This document shows positions 56,047-63,902 of a DNA stretch of 64,000 nucleotides, in pieces. The translations under genes were made by a program, and so were the position numbers. The notes beneath the pieces were generated by a model. That model worked only from the letters and a program-made list of their open reading frames with translations, was not told the origin of the DNA and ran no database searches. Position 1 is the first letter of the stretch; each line of letters begins with the position of its first letter. The stretch is from IMG/VR virus record IMGVR_UViG_3300024999_000030, positions 62,001-126,000 of that record. One strand, written 5' to 3'.

Positions 56047-56884
56047 TGCGGTCAAACATCTTACTGTAGAAATTTTAGAAAATCTAGCTCCAGAAGCTGT
56101 GTTGAAAAATGCAGATATGGAATATAGTAAACCTAATATTACAATGGCCCGTCGCGCTATCACCCGATTTAAAAAACAAATGATTAGTGCAGCTAATGCT
56201 GATGCTATTGAAATGGATCCAACTGTCACCAAATTTAAAAATTCCTATATTAAAAACACTCGTGATGTAGCTGATGTACGTGAAAAAGGTAGAGTCCGCG
56301 CATCATCTGATGGCTCTTTAACCCCCATGGAAGAATGGGGGCAATTTGAGTTGCTTTCTTATTTTTTTGAATTATATTATAGTAGGACGGGTAAAGATTA
56401 TCCAATAGAAACTCCTGGTGTAATTTATAGTAGATTTATAAAAAATAAAGGAACGTGGGAACAAAAATCAACTAGGGGTTTAAATGTTATGTCTTTTTTA
56501 TTGAAAAAATTGAATTCTCCAGAATCTGTTAAAGATTATTTAGATTGGTGGTTTGCATATTCATTTACAAGGGGGCAGTCGTTAAATTGGGGATGGTTGG
56601 CTAGTGCGACAATGTTAAGTTCATATACGGTTTACATGACCAATTTACAACATAAAACTGTGGCTCCAGCAACTACAATATCCCCAACTTTACCAATAGA
56701 TTTTATAGGATATATACAGGGGATCGGCGGTATTTTTAATTATATTGGAAATATGAAAACCCATAAAGATTTGCAATATGTATATGCAGCTTGGAAAGAT
56801 AAAATGCAAACGCTTCCATCTCATCCAGTGGTTAAAATGTTAGAAGAAGCCCAAAGCCGTGGCCTATTAGGAGAAAAGAAATGA
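56018..56884 (+). CDS. Hypothetical protein, possible replication initiator
   Basis: Lies upstream of the DnaC-like/DnaB pair; helical and basic; no motif certain. Confidence 0.5.
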   Translation: MSSMSKQLDNAVKHLTVEILENLAPEAVLKNADMEYSKPNITMARRAITRFKKQMISAANADAIEMDPTVTKFKNSYIKNTRDVADVREKGRVRASSDGSLTPMEEWGQFELLSYFFELYYSRTGKDYPIETPGVIYSRFIKNKGTWEQKSTRGLNVMSFLLKKLNSPESVKDYLDWWFAYSFTRGQSLNWGWLASATMLSSYTVYMTNLQHKTVAPATTISPTLPIDFIGYIQGIGGIFNYIGNMKTHKDLQYVYAAWKDKMQTLPSHPVVKMLEEAQSRGLLGEKK

Positions 56885-57273
56885 AGAAATATGTTTTAGT
56901 TAGGGCTGAAGATGGTACGTTATTAGGCGGGGGAATTTATGCTGGCGCTTGGGGGGAAGCTTTTATTAAAATTGAAAGAAGCGATAATGAAACTATTATG
57001 ATAAATGTTTCTAAGGCGATAGCTTTACATTTTTTTGAGGAACCCCCTGAAGCTTTATTAAATTATATGCGTATCACAAATTCTTCTTCCGTTGACCCTC
57101 CTGCTCCTGGAATTGTGGGTACGTCTTCAAGGTCTTCTCGCCCATCCGTAGATCAAGGGGTTCAGGGTTTAGTGGATGCTGGTCCTCCAGGCCACACTTC
57201 TGATGCTTCTGGCGTTGGATTGGCAGATTTGCCCATACCTAAAAAATCTAACAGGCCCAGGAGAAAAACATGA
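56881..57273 (+). CDS. Hypothetical protein with P/S-rich C-terminus
   Basis: ATGA-coupled ORF in the replication operon. Confidence 0.6.
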   Translation: MKKYVLVRAEDGTLLGGGIYAGAWGEAFIKIERSDNETIMINVSKAIALHFFEEPPEALLNYMRITNSSSVDPPAPGIVGTSSRSSRPSVDQGVQGLVDAGPPGHTSDASGVGLADLPIPKKSNRPRRKT

Positions 57274-58025
57274 TAATTGGCAGTAATAGGTCTGTAGTTT
57301 TTAAAAAACTCGCAGAACTCAAAGAACGCACAGTAAATCAGTGTGTTGTTTGTCATGGTGCTGATCCAGGCTGTCGATGTCATGCCCTTATGTTAATGTA
57401 TGAAGCAGCGGCAGCGGCTAATGTGCCAGCAAAATTTTGGAGCATAAAGACAACAGACTTTGGTGTTGGTCAAGAGCAGAATCCAGTCGTTTCAGATTTA
57501 AAAAGTAAATGGATTAAACTAATTTTTGAAATTGAAAACACAGTACAAAATATTCCTTTAATTGTTGTTAGTGGCCCAAATGGCACAGGTAAAACAATGA
57601 TGGCTAGTATCCTCTTGAAGTCTGCTGCTACCGTACGTGGTATTTCACCTCAATATATTTTGTTTAATCAACTCATTTCTCTACATTATTCTAAAGAAGG
57701 CAATAAAGATGAAATTTTGGAAAGATTACATGCATGTGATTTACTTGTTATAGATGAATTCGGAAAAGAGTATACTAAAACTAATCAATTTGGGGAGATA
57801 GATACAACTAGCTCCATTGCCAATTATGCTAAGTTTGTAGCTGAAAACATATTAAAAACCAGAAGCGATGCAAGTTTAACCACGGTGATTATTACCAATG
57901 ACACTATTGATGAGCTTAAGTCTAAATATGGGGGTCCAGGAAGATCTGTAGATTCTATTTTGGCCGCCTCCTCGACTGTAACGCTACATCATGCGGGTAT
58001 AGATTTTAGGAAGGTGAAAATTTGA
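57270..58025 (+). CDS. DnaC/IstB-like AAA+ helicase loader
   Basis: N-terminal CVVC...CRC, Walker A GPNGTGKT, Walker B LLVIDEFGKE and TVIITN; directly upstream of DnaB. Confidence 0.85.
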   Translation: MIIGSNRSVVFKKLAELKERTVNQCVVCHGADPGCRCHALMLMYEAAAAANVPAKFWSIKTTDFGVGQEQNPVVSDLKSKWIKLIFEIENTVQNIPLIVVSGPNGTGKTMMASILLKSAATVRGISPQYILFNQLISLHYSKEGNKDEILERLHACDLLVIDEFGKEYTKTNQFGEIDTTSSIANYAKFVAENILKTRSDASLTTVIITNDTIDELKSKYGGPGRSVDSILAASSTVTLHHAGIDFRKVKI

Positions 58026-59521
58026 TTGATCAAAACATTTCTATAGATGAACATCTACTTTCAATTTTATTACAAGATAAACAACATGTGATTTCCATAT
58101 TAGAAGAAGACAAACTTACTGGAGATTATTTTGATCCTGAGTGGCGCCCAGTCTTTGACAATATTGTTATATACTATAGAAAATTTAAAGAAATATTAGA
58201 TAAAGATAAAGTCTTTGATCAGCTCAAACGTCGCGGAGTATCAAGCGTGGAGTTATCTAAGAGATATGCTATATATCTTTCTCTTGAAAATCTTAAAACG
58301 CCCACTAAAGACTATAAATATTATGTAGATGCTATTAAAACTCGTAAATATAAAATTATGTTGCACGAAGTTGTATCTAAAGCCGATAAAATGTGTAACA
58401 CCATGAATGACCCAATATCAGCGGCAAAAGATTTGGCAAAAGTTGGTAGCGAAATCGCAACACTGTCGGCTCAAGATAGAGTAGTGAGAACTTCTTTAGC
58501 CGAAAGCGCTCCAGTCATGAGCGATAATTATCGTATTGCAAAATCCAATCCAGAAATTATAAGAGGTATAATGACTGGATTCCAAAAATTAGATGAATTA
58601 ACTTGGGGTATAAATCCTGGTGAAGTTTTATTGATAGTCGGGCCGACTGGAGGTGGTAAGTCCATTAGCTTAGTCTCTATGTCTGCATACATCGCTAATG
58701 GTATTAGATATTGTGCAAAATGCGGATTTCAATTGTTTTTACATACTCAAAACAGATGTCCAAAGTGTGGAACTATTTTTGCTACTCCGGGGGATATTTA
58801 TCGAATATCTCCAAAGAATGTAGCCTATGTTTCTATTGAGATGCCAGCGGAAGACTGCTTAAGGAGATTTTGTTCAGCTTCGTTGGGACTTAAGGAGAAA
58901 GAAGTTAGACGTGGCCAGTTAAGCGACCAGGATGAACAAATATATCTTAATTACTTAGAATCAGTTAGAAGTGGAAAGGGACCAGTTGGATTTTATGTTA
59001 TTGATGTGCCAAGAGGTGAAGATATAAACTTTGTCTCTACAGAAATTGACCGTCAGGAAGCCCTACATGGCGTCAGGATGGACGTAGTGGTTATTGACTA
59101 CCTGCAGCTCATGAAAGCTACTACCGGCGACCACAGAGACACTGGCGAAGATTGGAAGGCTCAGACGGCTATTTCTGAAGAGGTACATGAATATGCTAGA
59201 ACTAAACGTATTCCAGTAATCACAGCCGCTCAGTCCACCTCTCTTCGTGGTATTAAAGGCGAAGCTGTAAGATATGGAACCCACCGTGTTTCTAGGGCAG
59301 AGGGCACCGCATTTAATATGAATATTATTGTTCAAATTGAGGACCCATTAGAAAAACAAGAAGAAGAGAAAAAAGAAGATGATACTGAACTAACAATGAA
59401 GTTTTATGTTGTTAAAAATAGAGGCGGAGAAAAGGGTGTCATTGTAATGCAAAAAGATTTTTCAAGAATGCAAATTCATCATATTTTGGATATTTCTTAT
59501 GCGACTTTAGAAGCCTCATAA
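58022..59521 (+). CDS. dnaB: DnaB-like replicative helicase with zinc-ribbon insertion
   Basis: TGFQKLDELTWG, GPTGGGKS, SIEM, VVVIDYLQLM, IPVITAAQ and VVKNRGG; TTG start. Confidence 0.9.
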   Translation: MIDQNISIDEHLLSILLQDKQHVISILEEDKLTGDYFDPEWRPVFDNIVIYYRKFKEILDKDKVFDQLKRRGVSSVELSKRYAIYLSLENLKTPTKDYKYYVDAIKTRKYKIMLHEVVSKADKMCNTMNDPISAAKDLAKVGSEIATLSAQDRVVRTSLAESAPVMSDNYRIAKSNPEIIRGIMTGFQKLDELTWGINPGEVLLIVGPTGGGKSISLVSMSAYIANGIRYCAKCGFQLFLHTQNRCPKCGTIFATPGDIYRISPKNVAYVSIEMPAEDCLRRFCSASLGLKEKEVRRGQLSDQDEQIYLNYLESVRSGKGPVGFYVIDVPRGEDINFVSTEIDRQEALHGVRMDVVVIDYLQLMKATTGDHRDTGEDWKAQTAISEEVHEYARTKRIPVITAAQSTSLRGIKGEAVRYGTHRVSRAEGTAFNMNIIVQIEDPLEKQEEEKKEDDTELTMKFYVVKNRGGEKGVIVMQKDFSRMQIHHILDISYATLEAS

Positions 59522-59617
59522 GTAATATATGTAGTTTGAAGCTCATTGAGAGAACATATTTTGAACACGGAAAGTCACTATTAATACGAATATTTTAGAT
59601 ATCAAATTGGAAAAATC

Positions 59618-59635
59618 GGGGCCGATAACGGCCCC
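59618..59635. other. GC-rich hairpin in the nrdJ leader
   Basis: GGGGCCG-ATAA-CGGCCCC, with no + strand U-tract. Confidence 0.75.
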
Positions 59636-59677
59636 ATCGCCATTAACCAACATAGAGTAGGCAAGGAGAAGAGTGAA

Positions 59678-62647
59678 ATGAACAAGTTAAGTTTATCTCG
59701 AAAAATATTGTCAGATATTACGGTATATGCTAAATATGCTAAATTTATTCCTAAATTAAAACGTAGAGAGACGTGGGAAGAAATTGTAACACGTAATATG
59801 GAAATGCATATAAGAAAATTTCCAAAATTAAAAACAGAAATTGAAGATGCTTTTAAATTAGTATATAGTAAAAAAGTTGTACCTTCGATGAGGTCAATGC
59901 AGTTTGCTGGGAAACCCATAGAGCTGTCTCCTAATCGCGGCTACAATTGTTCTTTTGTTGCTATTGATGATTTTCACGCTTTTTCCGAGACCATGTTTTT
60001 ATTGTTGGGTGGGTCAGGTGTTGGGTTTAGTGTCCAGCGGCACCATGTAGAACAACTGCCAGTAATATATAAGCCAATTAAATCACGGCGCTTTTTGGTC
60101 GGCGACTCAATTGAAGGGTGGGCAGACGCTGTTAAGGCGCTTTTCCGTGCTTATATGTGCGGAAAAACTTTACCAGAATATGATTTTAGAGATATTCGTC
60201 CGAAGGGTGCTCGTCTTATTACATCTGGGGGTAAGGCCCCAGGACCGGAACCTCTAAAAGACTGTTTACATAATATTCAAAAAATTTTAGATAGAAAAGT
60301 GGGTGGATCTAAGTTAACCACATTAGAATGTCATGATATTATGTGTTATATTGCTGATGCTGTTTTAGCTGGGGGAATTCGGCGTGCTGCCATGATTAGT
60401 TTATTTTCTTTTGACGATGAGGACATGCTTACTTGTAAATATGGCAATTGGTATGAATTAAATCCTCAACGTGCAAGAGCTAATAATTCTGTAGTTATTT
60501 TACGTCATCGGATCAAAGAAAAGGAATTTAAACAACTTTGGAAAAAAGTGCAAATGTCAAAAAGTGGAGAGCCAGGTATTTTCTTTACAAATAATAAAGA
60601 AATGGGTATCAATCCTTGTTTATCGGGAGACACTTGGATACATACTACGCAAGGAGCTAAACAAGTTAACGAACTGGTGAATAAAAAATTCACGGCGATT
60701 GTGAATGGAAAACATTTTGATTCTACGGAGTCTGGTTTTTTTAGCACTGGTGTTAAATCGTTGCTATCACTTGAAACAAACAATGGAAACAATTTAAAAT
60801 TGACAAATAATCATAAACTACTTAAGGTTCTTAAACGAACCTCTAAAAAAATTTATACGGATTGGGTAGAAGCTAATCAACTAACCGTTGGAGACGAGAT
60901 TTTGTTGTCTGTTCATGATGGCGTAGCAAAATTTGGTGAAAACAACCCAGGCGATTTTGATCGCGGCTGGTTACTCGGAGAGCTTCTGGGAGATGGTTGT
61001 TTTTCGGGGCCATCCTCCGCTTGTTTAGACTTTTGGGGGCCCTCTGCTCAACATATGTCTTCATTAGCTTATAATAGAATTAAAGGCGTTTTAGAAACTC
61101 GCTCAGATTTCGGTGTTATAGATCAATATCAAAAAGACAAATTACGTATTCGTTGTGTTGCGGTAGCTAATTTAGCAAAACAATATAATATTACGCAAAA
61201 GACAAAGTTATTAACTCCTGCAATTGAAGCTGAGAGTTATGATTTTATTGCTGGATGTTTGAGAGGATTGTTTGATGCGGATGGCACTGTAATAGGAAAT
61301 CAGATTAAGGGAGTATCTATTCGATTGGGACAAGTAAGTTTGAATAATTTACAATGTGCACAAAGAATGTTATCCCGATTGGGAATAGTTTCTAAAATTT
61401 ATAAAAATCGTCACCCCGCTGAATTCAGATATATGCCGGATGGAAAAGGAGGAACAAAAAAATATTGGTGCCAATCTATGAATGAATTAGTAATTTCTGG
61501 ACACAATATGCATGTGTTTCAGTCTGTAGTGGGATTTGATGAACCAGCAAAAGCCACCAAACTTGCGAATTTATTAGGAACATATAAACGAAAGCTTAAT
61601 CGCGAACGTGGTTTAACGACCATCACAAAAATTATTCCCATTGGAGAGGCCGAGGTGTTTGACGCAACTATACCAGGGATTCATGAATTTTGTGCTAACG
61701 GTCTGCGGGCTCATAATTGTTCTGAAATTTCTCTTAAATCGGCACAAATGTGTAACTTAACAGAAGTGAACGTATCCGATGTTCATAGCCAGGAAGACCT
61801 CAATGAACGCTGTCGTGTTGGTGCCTTTATTGGTACATTGCAAGCGAGCTATACTGAGTTTCATTATCTCAGAGATCTTTGGCAAAAAAATTGTGAGAAG
61901 GATGCCTTGCTTGGTGTCGGTATGACTGGAATTTGTTCTGGTGGTATATTAAATTTAAATCTTGAAATGGCAGCAGATATTTGTGTAAAAGAAAATGAGC
62001 GCACCGCTGCTCTTTTAGGTATTAATAAAGCCGCTAGGGTAACTTGCATTAAACCCAGTGGTACCACAAGTTTAGTGTTTGGTTGTTCATCTGGAATTCA
62101 TGAATGGCACGATGAATATTATATTAGAAGAATGCGTATTGGTAAAAATGAAGAATTATACAAATATTTAAGTGAACATTGTCCAGATATTTTAGAAGAT
62201 GATTTTTTTAAGCCTACTATTCAAGCGGTAATTAGTATTCCACAAAAGGCCCCAGAGGGAGCTATTTTAAGAAAACATAGTGATCCAATTAAACTTTTAG
62301 AGCGCGTAAAAAAGTTTTCTCAAGAATGGGTTGTACCTGGACATAACGACGGTGATAACAGACATAATGTTTCGGTTACAGTTAGCTTAAAGGATGATGA
62401 GTATCAAATTACTGGCGAGTGGTTATGGAAAAATAGGGACCATTATACTGGTATTACAGTGCTCCCGCTTGATGATCATTCGTATATGCAAATGCCCTTT
62501 GAATCATGTACTGAAGAGGTGTATGATAAAATGTTACGTAAAATTAAAGATATTGATTTGTCTAAGGTTGTTGAGATAGACGACCACACCACGTTAACAG
62601 AACAGGCGGCATGTGCTGGGGGAGCCTGCACTATTACCAGAGTATAA
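59678..62647 (+). CDS. nrdJ: Class II (B12-dependent) ribonucleotide reductase, monomeric RTPR type, intein-interrupted
   Basis: RETWEE, PSMRSMQ, NCSF, GGSGVGFS, GGIRRAAMI, NP|C-SEI, TCIKPSGT and C-terminal CAGGAC. Confidence 0.92.
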   Translation: MNKLSLSRKILSDITVYAKYAKFIPKLKRRETWEEIVTRNMEMHIRKFPKLKTEIEDAFKLVYSKKVVPSMRSMQFAGKPIELSPNRGYNCSFVAIDDFHAFSETMFLLLGGSGVGFSVQRHHVEQLPVIYKPIKSRRFLVGDSIEGWADAVKALFRAYMCGKTLPEYDFRDIRPKGARLITSGGKAPGPEPLKDCLHNIQKILDRKVGGSKLTTLECHDIMCYIADAVLAGGIRRAAMISLFSFDDEDMLTCKYGNWYELNPQRARANNSVVILRHRIKEKEFKQLWKKVQMSKSGEPGIFFTNNKEMGINPCLSGDTWIHTTQGAKQVNELVNKKFTAIVNGKHFDSTESGFFSTGVKSLLSLETNNGNNLKLTNNHKLLKVLKRTSKKIYTDWVEANQLTVGDEILLSVHDGVAKFGENNPGDFDRGWLLGELLGDGCFSGPSSACLDFWGPSAQHMSSLAYNRIKGVLETRSDFGVIDQYQKDKLRIRCVAVANLAKQYNITQKTKLLTPAIEAESYDFIAGCLRGLFDADGTVIGNQIKGVSIRLGQVSLNNLQCAQRMLSRLGIVSKIYKNRHPAEFRYMPDGKGGTKKYWCQSMNELVISGHNMHVFQSVVGFDEPAKATKLANLLGTYKRKLNRERGLTTITKIIPIGEAEVFDATIPGIHEFCANGLRAHNCSEISLKSAQMCNLTEVNVSDVHSQEDLNERCRVGAFIGTLQASYTEFHYLRDLWQKNCEKDALLGVGMTGICSGGILNLNLEMAADICVKENERTAALLGINKAARVTCIKPSGTTSLVFGCSSGIHEWHDEYYIRRMRIGKNEELYKYLSEHCPDILEDDFFKPTIQAVISIPQKAPEGAILRKHSDPIKLLERVKKFSQEWVVPGHNDGDNRHNVSVTVSLKDDEYQITGEWLWKNRDHYTGITVLPLDDHSYMQMPFESCTEEVYDKMLRKIKDIDLSKVVEIDDHTTLTEQAACAGGACTITRV
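60617..61717 (+). mobile_element. Full-length intein with LAGLIDADG homing endonuclease (367 aa)
   Basis: Starts CLSGDTWI, has LLGELLGDG and LRGLFDADG, ends EVFD...ANGLRAHN. The +1 residue is the active-site Cys of the NPCxE motif. Confidence 0.95.
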
Positions 62648-62676
62648 TTGAAAAAAACCTATTTTAGAGTTATATT
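62648..62676 (+). promoter_or_regulatory. Sigma70-like promoter TTGAAA-17-TATATT
   Basis: Begins immediately after the nrdJ stop; followed by an AAGGAG RBS. Confidence 0.65.
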
Positions 62677-62693
62677 TACATAAGGAGAGCAAA

Positions 62694-62858
62694 ATGACGA
62701 GAGATCAGGTAAAATGTTCCCATTGCGGTGGAGACACAAAGTTTGTAAGAAAATATGAAACAGTGTATATATTTCAGTGTATTCTTTGTCGTAGAAAAAC
62801 TCAAATTATGACTGAAATGATTAGGGAGCCGGAGAAGAAAAAGAATGAGAGGAAATAA
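62694..62858 (+). CDS. 54-aa zinc-ribbon protein (below track cutoff)
   Basis: AAGGAG RBS. MTRDQVKCSHCGG...FQCILCRRK (CxxC...CxxC). Confidence 0.75.
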   Translation: MTRDQVKCSHCGGDTKFVRKYETVYIFQCILCRRKTQIMTEMIREPEKKKNERK

Positions 62859-63369
62859 TTCTAGTTTTATTCGTATTGGTGATGCTATTAAATCTTTCGT
62901 GATTGTACCAGATACAGAACGGACTTATGTGTCGCATTATGTTAATATTGATGGTAAAAATCAAAAGCGAAATTGTCATTGTAATGCGACTTGTCCATAT
63001 TGCCTCAATGGAACGAGTACTTTTAAGGGAGTTTATGCTATTGCTTTAGCTGAAGGCGGTCAGCTTGGGTTTATTGATCTTAAACCCGGCTTGATTAAAC
63101 AGCTTAGTATAACCGCTGCAAAGGAAGGTGTTTCATTAGGTGTATTTTTAAATAAGCGTCTTTTGGGAGTTAGCAGAGAAATTAAAAATCATTATACTGA
63201 ATATCAAATCAATAGTACGATTTTAACTGATGCCGATCATGACGCTTTGATGCGCTCTATTTATGAGGGTAAAAATAGCGATACAATGATGAAATTAATG
63301 GAAAAATTAGAAACGTTAGTCGTTCCAGGATCGGAGAGAGAAGATGGCGGATTCGACAATCAAAATTAA
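62845..63369 (+). CDS. Hypothetical protein with His/Cys cluster, possible gp32-like ssDNA-binding fold
   Basis: SHYV...NCHCNATCPYC followed by beta-rich segments. Confidence 0.45.
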   Translation: MRGNNSSFIRIGDAIKSFVIVPDTERTYVSHYVNIDGKNQKRNCHCNATCPYCLNGTSTFKGVYAIALAEGGQLGFIDLKPGLIKQLSITAAKEGVSLGVFLNKRLLGVSREIKNHYTEYQINSTILTDADHDALMRSIYEGKNSDTMMKLMEKLETLVVPGSEREDGGFDNQN

Positions 63370-63523
63370 TTCAAAGGATATTGAAACATTATATAATATT
63401 ATGATTAAGTATCAAGATTTTTTTATAGATTTAGCTAAAATCGGCGGCACAGAGCATGTACATGACTTCAACACGGTAGCTAAAATTATAAATGATATGT
63501 TGGAGCAGGTAGACAGTCATTAA
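63344..63523 (+). CDS. 59-aa hypothetical protein
   Basis: GGAG RBS; MADSTIKINSKDIETLYN...; ends before the terminator. Confidence 0.55.
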   Translation: MADSTIKINSKDIETLYNIMIKYQDFFIDLAKIGGTEHVHDFNTVAKIINDMLEQVDSH

Positions 63524-63543
63524 AAATAATGTTATATTTCTAA

Positions 63544-63570
63544 AGCTGTTCAGAAATGAACAGCTCTTTT
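63544..63570 (+). terminator. Probable intrinsic terminator
   Basis: AGCTGTTC-AGAAAT-GAACAGCT then CTTTT. Confidence 0.6.
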
Positions 63571-63571
63571 C

Positions 63572-63581
63572 CTATTAATAA
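63572..63581 (+). promoter_or_regulatory. Candidate late promoter CTATTAATAA
   Basis: Directly after the terminator; the core ends 25 nt before the ATG at 63606. Confidence 0.55.
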
Positions 63582-63605
63582 TTGTTAATTTAGCGGAGGT
63601 GTCCT

Positions 63606-63893
63606 ATGGCGTGTGGCGGCTGTGGCGGTTATCGTAAAATTGAAAAACCGGCAGTTCAACAACCGGCGATTTCATCTGTTCCCCAACCTCTTCCACCCCC
63701 ACCCCCTCCTCCAATTTCGGTAACTTCTGTTCCTGGTACACCTACCCCTCCACCAAAACCCAAAACTGTGGTATTGGCTGTTTCATCCACTCCATCTAAA
63801 CCAGTGGACGCACAAGAGGCAGTAACAGACTTGATTAAAAAGAAAAGAGAAGCTCTTTTGGCTCTTAGGCGTAGTCAACAAAGACAATACTAA
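63606..63893 (+). CDS. Small Pro/Ser/Thr-rich protein with N-terminal CGGCGG
   Basis: GGAGGT RBS. MACGGCGG, PLPPPPPPP and a basic helical C-terminus. Confidence 0.75.
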   Translation: MACGGCGGYRKIEKPAVQQPAISSVPQPLPPPPPPPISVTSVPGTPTPPPKPKTVVLAVSSTPSKPVDAQEAVTDLIKKKREALLALRRSQQRQY

Positions 63894-63902
63894 GGAGAAA
63901 AA

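Noticed and set aside
59522-59677. Cobalamin riboswitch or NrdR boxes upstream of nrdJ
   Set aside because: No B12-box core is visible. Only partial NrdR-like matches (e.g. reverse ACTACATATATT) that miss conserved positions.
600-62579. Short minus-strand and alternate-frame ORFs in the track (60-204 aa)
   Set aside because: They lie inside long + strand genes, lack an RBS and recognisable motifs, and are best explained as shadow ORFs (including 29677..30291, antisense to the Kelch repeats).
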